Virus record (IMG/VR): IMGVR_UViG_3300020469_000011
Span: 64,001 to 128,000 of that record
Direction: 5' to 3' (one strand)
DNA length: 64,000 nt
Source: a virus
This document shows, piece by piece, positions 58,185 through 64,000 of this stretch. The notes beneath the pieces were generated by a model. That model did not search any database and was not told where the DNA came from. It saw only the letters and a program-made list of their open reading frames with translations. Each line of letters starts with the position of its first letter. Position 1 is the stretch's first letter. Both the position numbers and the translations under genes were made by a program.

Positions 58185-59007
58185 GTATAATATTACATTT
58201 TTCTAACGCACTAATCATTCTTGTCATTCCAATTCCCCCACCAACTCTAGGAAAAAAATCAAAAGACAAGAATTTTTCTAATTCAGCTTCTACTCTATCT
58301 TTTCCAAATAAGTTATAAAGCAATTGACTATACTCACCATTTGTTATAGTATGAAAAGTATCACGCATTTGATCTACATTTGTTGACCTCTCTGCTGAAC
58401 CAATTGTCTCCATTCCTCCAAGAATAACGTCAATCTTTTTACTATGCACTCCATCTTCATGTCTACTCATATTCCAAAATGGACTTGTAAATTCTGGAAA
58501 ATCTGTAATCATACAAGTACCAAAATTGTTAAACATTGACTCTTCATGACTTGCATCAAGCTCACTATCAACAGCAAAATGTTCCTGCCATTCTACATAT
58601 GTTCTTTCAGTTATATCATCAAATCCTAGATAATTACAAAGTTGATATTCCATCTCACTTAAATTTTCAATTGTTCCTGGAAACTCAAATTCAAACATAG
58701 GGAAAATTATATCATGTCTTCCTGGTATTGCATTTGGTTCTTGTCTATAACTAGTGCTGATACAAAAAAACCCTTCAGAAGAAGGGCTTTTTAATAATTC
58801 ATGTTCTAACCACATCTGACCTGTTTGAGGTAAAGGCCATACCTCTCCTGCGTAATTATAAGTAGCAACATTGAACGGGTCTTCACATGCTGCTAGAATA
58901 CTCAAACGATTTTGAGTGTGAACTTCTGCGAAACCTCTATCTAAAAAAAAAGATCGTAAAGAATTTACGGTGCTTGTATATTTGCGAGGATCAATTAGTT
59001 GGGTCAT
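58174..59007 (-). CDS. Class IIb aaRS paralogue (AsnRS-like catalytic core without anticodon-binding domain; asparagine-synthetase-like)
   Basis: RSFFLDRGFAEV (motif 1), YRQEP..RH..F..FEFE (motif 2), ETIGSAER, GGGIGMTR (motif 3); AGGAG SD points to ATG 59007. Confidence 0.8.
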   Translation of the reverse strand: MTQLIDPRKYTSTVNSLRSFFLDRGFAEVHTQNRLSILAACEDPFNVATYNYAGEVWPLPQTGQMWLEHELLKSPSSEGFFCISTSYRQEPNAIPGRHDIIFPMFEFEFPGTIENLSEMEYQLCNYLGFDDITERTYVEWQEHFAVDSELDASHEESMFNNFGTCMITDFPEFTSPFWNMSRHEDGVHSKKIDVILGGMETIGSAERSTNVDQMRDTFHTITNGEYSQLLYNLFGKDRVEAELEKFLSFDFFPRVGGGIGMTRMISALEKCNIILDA

Positions 59008-59017
59008 TTTTCTCCTT

Positions 59018-59248
59018 TCATTTTTTGTCAATTAATTTTTCAACTTCTAATTTTTCTAAATCCCATTGTATATCTTCTAATATCACATCAAGCATTCTAA
59101 AGTTTTCTTTTGCTTCAGAAATGGCTGCTCCTAATATTTCTTTAGTTTCACCATCTTCCATTTGATTATAAATTTTTATAGCAAGACGAAAAACTTTGGG
59201 GGCTTCAGTCAATTCTTTCAAAATAAAATCAAACTCTGTATTACTCAT
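59018..59248 (-). CDS. Hypothetical protein
   Basis: ORF track. Confidence 0.6.
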   Translation of the reverse strand: MSNTEFDFILKELTEAPKVFRLAIKIYNQMEDGETKEILGAAISEAKENFRMLDVILEDIQWDLEKLEVEKLIDKK

Positions 59249-59257
59249 ACGTTTTTA

Positions 59258-59362
59258 TTAAATCTCACGAAAGTATAGTAAATATATTATGAATCCCAAA
59301 GCATAAGCTAAAGAACCATATGTAAATATCATGGATAAAATTTTACGTGTATTTTCTTTCAT
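59258..59362 (-). CDS. 34-aa membrane peptide (MKENTRKILSMIFTYGSLAYALGFIIYLLYFREI)
   Basis: Translated by hand; fills the gap; one TM helix. Confidence 0.45.
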   Translation of the reverse strand: MKENTRKILSMIFTYGSLAYALGFIIYLLYFREI

Positions 59363-59513
59363 TATTAATTTTTTGCTGAATCAATTCTTGTTTAATATTA
59401 TTTTTAATCCATTGAGGTAGTTCACTATATCTATATTCTGTCATACCAATTTTCATATTTGGGTCAATGTAAATTTCTTCTTCTGGTTCTGTTATTGGTT
59501 GTGCTTTATCCAT
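59343..59513 (-). CDS. Small hypothetical protein (56 aa, MDKAQPITEPEEEIYIDP...)
   Basis: Translated by hand; AAGG upstream. Confidence 0.4.
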   Translation of the reverse strand: MDKAQPITEPEEEIYIDPNMKIGMTEYRYSELPQWIKNNIKQELIQQKINNERKYT

Positions 59514-59520
59514 AAATACC

Positions 59521-60111
59521 TTATTTCACCCTCAATGTAAATTCAATAGGGTCTAATTTAATAATATTTAAACTCTCATTTACAAATCCATGTAACTTAG
59601 TTTTATATAATAATGTGATATCTGATGTATTATCAACATTAACCTTTGCTCCATCTAAAGTCATATCAGATTTTACAAGAGAGTAATTAAAGAATCCACT
59701 TGATGCTTTAGTAAAGTTATCTAATCCTGGTGTAATTCCAGTTTGATTAACAACAACCATATCAGAAGTACCTTCAATATATAGAGTGAGTACTGGTAAA
59801 GTTCCTAATGTCCAATTAGCAAGTGATAAATTTTGTGAAGTGCCACCATACAGTGCCATAACATATGTACTATTTTCTGAAGATTTTGGTGTTAGTGACG
59901 TAGTAGAATTTGAACTACTTTTATCATTTGTTGTGGTAGTAGTAGTGGTAGTGGTTACTGTATGATTGTCTTTAATAATTTCTTTATGACTAGTTACAGT
60001 ATGATTATCTTTGAGAGTGATTGTAGATTCTAACTTATTTTCTGGTAAAGCATCTCTACATGATGCTGCTAATAATGCTAATGCTATAATAGTGATAGCC
60101 TTTTTAAACAT
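59521..60111 (-). CDS. Lipoprotein with Thr/Ser-rich linker
   Basis: AGGAG SD, then MFKKAITIIALALLAAS|C lipobox; duplicated KDNHTVT; poly-Thr. Confidence 0.75.
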   Translation of the reverse strand: MFKKAITIIALALLAASCRDALPENKLESTITLKDNHTVTSHKEIIKDNHTVTTTTTTTTTNDKSSSNSTTSLTPKSSENSTYVMALYGGTSQNLSLANWTLGTLPVLTLYIEGTSDMVVVNQTGITPGLDNFTKASSGFFNYSLVKSDMTLDGAKVNVDNTSDITLLYKTKLHGFVNESLNIIKLDPIEFTLRVK

Positions 60112-60112
60112 T

Positions 60113-61111
60113 CTACTCCTTTTTAATTTTATCAATATATTTTTTAACTATATTTGGTTTCATTTGATGTTCTTTCTCATCAATTATCTGAACATTAAGA
60201 CCTTTAACAATTTCTCTGAATTCAGAATTCGTTACCTTTGCGTTTTCTAATGCTTCTTCAATATAATAAACTTGTAATATTTTAAAGTTAGATAAAACTA
60301 TTTCATCATAGTCTAAATATTTGGAACCTGATGTCCATTTTTTACTCTGCATATTTGGCCAGCGCATAATAAGTTCATTAAAAACTTTGCGATATTCTTT
60401 TTTACTTTTAATAATCCTTTCAGTTCCAGCAACATATTGTCTTATATATTTCTGTTTAACATCGCCTGAAATATCATAAGGAGTATAATCATTTTCTTTA
60501 TCTCCATATTCATCACGAAGTTTTTTGAGTAAATTTTGTTTAAATATAACTAGTTTTTGAAGTAAAAGTTTGTATTGATAAAATTTCATTTCTTTTTCGG
60601 CAGATGTCATTTTATTTTTTTTTGATTTCCCATCTAAAAAGAATTCGATATATGATGATGACATAATTGAACTATCACTATCTCCACTTATATCAATAAC
60701 TCTCACTCCTTTTTTATCTGGCTTGCTCATGATGTCGCCAGCTTGACCCATTAGTGCAGTTCCTTCTAAAATAGTAATAACACCACCCCCATCATCCCAA
60801 ATTCCATACAACATTGTTCCAATATTATCAACAGTAAAAGCTGAAATTTGTTTTGTTCTTTTATTTTGAAGTTTTTTAAGTTTATCTAAACCTTTTACTC
60901 CAGAGGAATGTGCAGCTATTAAACGCACTGGTGTTGAAACTCTTTCTATAAATTTTTGATCAAGAATAAGATGAAAACTTTTATCTTTTTCATCTTGAAA
61001 TATATATTCTTTGTCATCAGCCAGCAATCCATCTGCTTCCATGAATATATGGTCAAATAAAGACCGCTGCCATTGAACCTCTTCGTTTACTACTTCTTTA
61101 AATGACTTCAT
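60113..61111 (-). CDS. Putative internal head protein (capsid leader), possible ADP-ribosyltransferase fold
   Basis: MKSFKEVVNE leader; AAHS / ISAFT / YDEIVL spaced like an H-S-E core (weak evidence). Confidence 0.55.
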   Translation of the reverse strand: MKSFKEVVNEEVQWQRSLFDHIFMEADGLLADDKEYIFQDEKDKSFHLILDQKFIERVSTPVRLIAAHSSGVKGLDKLKKLQNKRTKQISAFTVDNIGTMLYGIWDDGGGVITILEGTALMGQAGDIMSKPDKKGVRVIDISGDSDSSIMSSSYIEFFLDGKSKKNKMTSAEKEMKFYQYKLLLQKLVIFKQNLLKKLRDEYGDKENDYTPYDISGDVKQKYIRQYVAGTERIIKSKKEYRKVFNELIMRWPNMQSKKWTSGSKYLDYDEIVLSNFKILQVYYIEEALENAKVTNSEFREIVKGLNVQIIDEKEHQMKPNIVKKYIDKIKKE

Positions 61112-62718
61112 TTATTTTTTAGTTGAATTTTTTCTGCATCAGAAAGTTGATTGTTTTTATCTAATACACTTACAAGTGCGTTTGATACCTTTGCTGAGAG
61201 TCTATTTGTATGAACAAGATCAAGTATACGGTTCTTTAACATTCTTATAGCTCTATCATCTCTCAAACTCTGAAGAGTTTTTGAACCTTTTGACTTAGTT
61301 TCACCTGTGAATACTTTATCAAAGATTGCTGGAAAAGCCTCTTGAACTTCTGCAGGTATCTTATATTGTTTCTTTGACTCAATAGGTATATCATAATTTG
61401 TTAACATGTGAACATTGATTGGCTCATCTTTAATCACATCAATAATAGTTTTTGAACTTGGATTTAAATGAAGAATTGCTGAAAGATTTTGCGGTCTTCT
61501 TTGAACTAAGTTGTTCAAGTCCTCTTGAGAAAATTTGATTTCAGAATGATTGATTAAAAAATCACGAACTTCTTTTGGACTGATATTTCTGGCAAGAGAA
61601 AGCATGAGTGATTTATGGTCAACATCAATCATTTGGTCATAATAGTCTAAGTCTTTGTCCAATATTTCTTTTTCAACAATCGGTGGTAACTTTTGTGTCA
61701 TCTTCTTCTTGTCAAGTAATGTCTTCTTATCCTTATCTTTTTTTGTCAGTATACGAACAAGGTCAGGATATTTTTCACGGGGTATCTCACTGATGTTCTT
61801 ACCTCTGCGAATATGAGTTTCTAACTCACCTTCTCTCTTTGCAAATTTTGTTGAACTATGTTTCTTATTATATTCTACATCTTTATTCGGAATAATTTTA
61901 ACAACCTTATAACCTTTGCGACTAAAAAACACGGCTTGTCTTGGTTCATTTTCATGAACTACACCTAATCCAGGATCTTCAACAAGGTCATAATAGAATT
62001 GCTTACCTGGTGCTCGACGAAGAATTGTTGCCCATAAAGTAGGCTTTGGTACATATTTCTTGATTACTGGATAAGATTCTTCTTCAGTTTTTTCAAACAG
62101 TTCAGACAATTCATCCCAACTTTTCGTAACTAAAAATCCGGACATTCGTGTAACATTCCATAATTGACTTGCGACACGGCGAGTTGTTGCATTTTTTCTT
62201 GCATATTTTTCAATAGCACTAAAGTAACTTCTTGCCAATACTGAATCAAATTGCTTACCATGTTTCTTTTTCATTAAGTCAACAATATCGTGCCTTAGTT
62301 TAGGTAGGTCTGAATTTAAGTCACTTGTTTTATATGCAGCAACATTCAAAGTTTTACATTCTGGTGTTTTTTGAATCAAAGCGATCCAAGGTTTTTCTCC
62401 CGCAAATGGCACACGAAAAACTTGCTCACCAGATTCTGAAGGTGGGGGGTACTCTTTATACATGTCTAACAAACTATATGTGTAGATGCCCCATGGCGTC
62501 ATGTATTTTGATTTGGTGTTCAAAAGAACTACAGGTGAATCTGACCTTTCATCATCTTTTTCTTTCTTTGTGTTCGTTTCGAAGTTTTTAGGATCTGTAA
62601 TAAAAGTTGCATAGTATCCAGGCTTATTGTATTTCTCAAGAGCATAATATGGTGCTTGTTTTGGATTCTGCTTTGGATTTTTTCTTGCTTCTGTGATAAA
62701 CGAATGAAAAGATTTCAT
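61108..62718 (-). CDS. Putative internal head protein (capsid leader), possible ADP-ribosyltransferase-like N-terminal domain
   Basis: MKSFHSFITE leader; TPWGIYTY, PFAG, GVVHENEPRQAVFF. Confidence 0.55.
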   Translation of the reverse strand: MKSFHSFITEARKNPKQNPKQAPYYALEKYNKPGYYATFITDPKNFETNTKKEKDDERSDSPVVLLNTKSKYMTPWGIYTYSLLDMYKEYPPPSESGEQVFRVPFAGEKPWIALIQKTPECKTLNVAAYKTSDLNSDLPKLRHDIVDLMKKKHGKQFDSVLARSYFSAIEKYARKNATTRRVASQLWNVTRMSGFLVTKSWDELSELFEKTEEESYPVIKKYVPKPTLWATILRRAPGKQFYYDLVEDPGLGVVHENEPRQAVFFSRKGYKVVKIIPNKDVEYNKKHSSTKFAKREGELETHIRRGKNISEIPREKYPDLVRILTKKDKDKKTLLDKKKMTQKLPPIVEKEILDKDLDYYDQMIDVDHKSLMLSLARNISPKEVRDFLINHSEIKFSQEDLNNLVQRRPQNLSAILHLNPSSKTIIDVIKDEPINVHMLTNYDIPIESKKQYKIPAEVQEAFPAIFDKVFTGETKSKGSKTLQSLRDDRAIRMLKNRILDLVHTNRLSAKVSNALVSVLDKNNQLSDAEKIQLKNK

Positions 62719-63186
62719 TTATTTTCTTGACATGTAGGCTTGAGCGCCAAAATAGAAACCAACTATTGATGCTTGAGCTAAGTAAAATAAACCTAGTAGG
62801 TCTGCAAGTGCAGAAACTCTACTATCTTTTAGAATAGGTGTAAATAAAACAATTGTAAATAAAACCATACTGATGATAGAAATCCAAGACATTCTTTTTT
62901 GAGCTTCAGCTTTTTCTTCTCTTAACTCTAATTCTAAAATTTTAGTTGTTCTTTCAATCTCTTCATCTGTAATAGTACCATCAGAATTCAAATCATATTT
63001 CTTTAAATATTCTTGAATTTTTTCAGTCATCGGCTTCTTTTTAAAAAAGTTGAATCGCCAAATCATCATCATCTTACCGTATTTATCAACTTGTTTATTT
63101 TTATCTTGACTGTTCTCAAGCCTTTTTTTTCTTAATACTTCATGTTCTAAATGAGTTTTATAAATTAAATCTCTGTAGTCGGACAT
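62719..63186 (-). CDS. EF-hand-containing two-TM membrane protein (true start may be ATG 63030)
   Basis: DLNSDGTITDEE EF-hand loop, two hydrophobic helices, GFYFG C-terminus. Confidence 0.7.
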   Translation of the reverse strand: MSDYRDLIYKTHLEHEVLRKKRLENSQDKNKQVDKYGKMMMIWRFNFFKKKPMTEKIQEYLKKYDLNSDGTITDEEIERTTKILELELREEKAEAQKRMSWISIISMVLFTIVLFTPILKDSRVSALADLLGLFYLAQASIVGFYFGAQAYMSRK

Positions 63187-63193
63187 AACAATC

Positions 63194-64000
63194 TCATAAT
63201 TTATCTAAAATTTTAGTAGCAATAGTTTCAGGTAAATAAGACTCTGGAAATTTTTCAAAAATTGGGACCGTACACATTTTGATAATACGATCTTTATCTT
63301 CTAGTATTTCATTCATTTCATTTTCTATCTCTTCAAATGTTTTATTATGAGCGTTTATAAAAGTATTTGAATCAAAATATTTTAAAGCATCTTTTCCTCC
63401 CCAATAAATCGGTATACTTGTTGATAATAATGGATGTAAGAGTTTTTCTGTCATATAAACATCATCATATGCGTTTTCAAATGCAATAGTAAATAAAAAA
63501 TCTTTTATGTAATTTAACTTATCTTCTTTTGTATTTCCTATACTATGTCCTATATTATTTGCAAATCTTCCAGCAGAGTGTACAAATCGTTTTTCAGAAA
63601 GAAATTTAAAAAAATCTGTTCTTGGTGAATATCCAACAGCAGGATTTCCAAAAATAAAATTACAATATTTATTTTTGTTATAAAATTTTCTTTTCTCTGT
63701 AGTTACTTTATAATGATAAGGATCTTCTATATTTGTAAAATTGAGATATGCTAACCATAAAGGGCATTGGATATTTGTTTCTGATTCCTCATCATAAGAA
63801 ATTGAGAAGTCACAAGGGTAGTCTTTTATTTCTACTTTAATCCAAGGATTAGTACCAATCAAAAATTTTTCACTAGCATAAAATATTTTTTTACATTTAT
63901 CATATCTTGAAATTACGTTTTTTGGATTTCCAAAAACTCCATATATTAATAGATCTGGATTATGTGGAGTAATTTCAATTTTTGTTTTTAATCTTAAAAT
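63194..64000 (-). CDS. GT10-family alpha-1,3/4-fucosyltransferase-like glycosyltransferase (5'-truncated by the window edge)
   Basis: Frame continues to the edge (NPDLLIYGVFG..KKIFYASE); CNFIFGN, RTDFF, VHSAG, FTIAFEN, YMTEKL, IPIYWG. Confidence 0.88.
   Translation of the reverse strand: MLRLKTKIEITPHNPDLLIYGVFGNPKNVISRYDKCKKIFYASEKFLIGTNPWIKVEIKDYPCDFSISYDEESETNIQCPLWLAYLNFTNIEDPYHYKVTTEKRKFYNKNKYCNFIFGNPAVGYSPRTDFFKFLSEKRFVHSAGRFANNIGHSIGNTKEDKLNYIKDFLFTIAFENAYDDVYMTEKLLHPLLSTSIPIYWGGKDALKYFDSNTFINAHNKTFEEIENEMNEILEDKDRIIKMCTVPIFEKFPESYLPETIATKILDKL

Noticed and set aside
59521-60111. Host assignment from the lipoprotein's DNxT motifs or the guaA type
   Set aside because: Only an impression; it needs phylogeny or spacer matches that cannot be run here
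7321-62591. Numerous 60-126 aa antisense or alternate-frame ORFs nested in long genes (e.g. 9000, 10050, 34475, 48985, 49822, 55918)
   Set aside because: No obvious SD or family motifs; expected shadows of biased codon usage and low-complexity genes
1-64000. Stop-codon reassignment
   Set aside because: Conserved genes are full length under code 11 and end in TAA, TAG or TGA

Overview
A 64-kb segment of a large, very AT-rich (roughly 30% GC by eye) T4-like myophage genome. The gene families resemble those of marine T4-like phages; the host cannot be determined. The genetic code is standard (TAA, TAG and TGA all act as stops). 1-25.1 kb (minus strand): baseplate/tail operon with gp7 (partial), gp6, gp25, four large unknown virion proteins, a lysozyme-less gp5, gp27-like, gp53 and two gp48/54-like genes. 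25.1-57.9 kb (mostly plus strand): gp4, an SF2 helicase, a cluster of proteins with T4-type capsid-targeting leaders (including a Pol-beta-type nucleotidyltransferase and a ligase/HIGH-nucleotidyltransferase fusion), three collar-domain fibres with chaperones, hsp20, two tRNAs, a RuvC-like resolvase, thyX, a DNA methyltransferase, guaA, gp43, uvsX, gp41, a Nudix hydrolase, gp61, nrdA and a Grx-nrdB fusion. 57.9-64 kb (minus strand): an AsnRS-like paralogue, a lipoprotein, two more capsid-leader proteins, an EF-hand membrane protein and a GT10 fucosyltransferase. The most notable observations are: (i) a putative virion-packaged nucleotidyl-transfer/ligation module, (ii) a tRNA-Gly with the normally absent ACC anticodon, (iii) a methyltransferase carrying the polymerase's clamp-binding tail, (iv) a 120-nt in-frame GC-rich island with a hairpin and T10 run inside gp7, (v) a ROSE-type thermometer ahead of hsp20, and (vi) a gene-49-like SD-occluding hairpin with an embedded late promoter ahead of the resolvase. 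All protein calls come from motif recognition by eye, not database searches.
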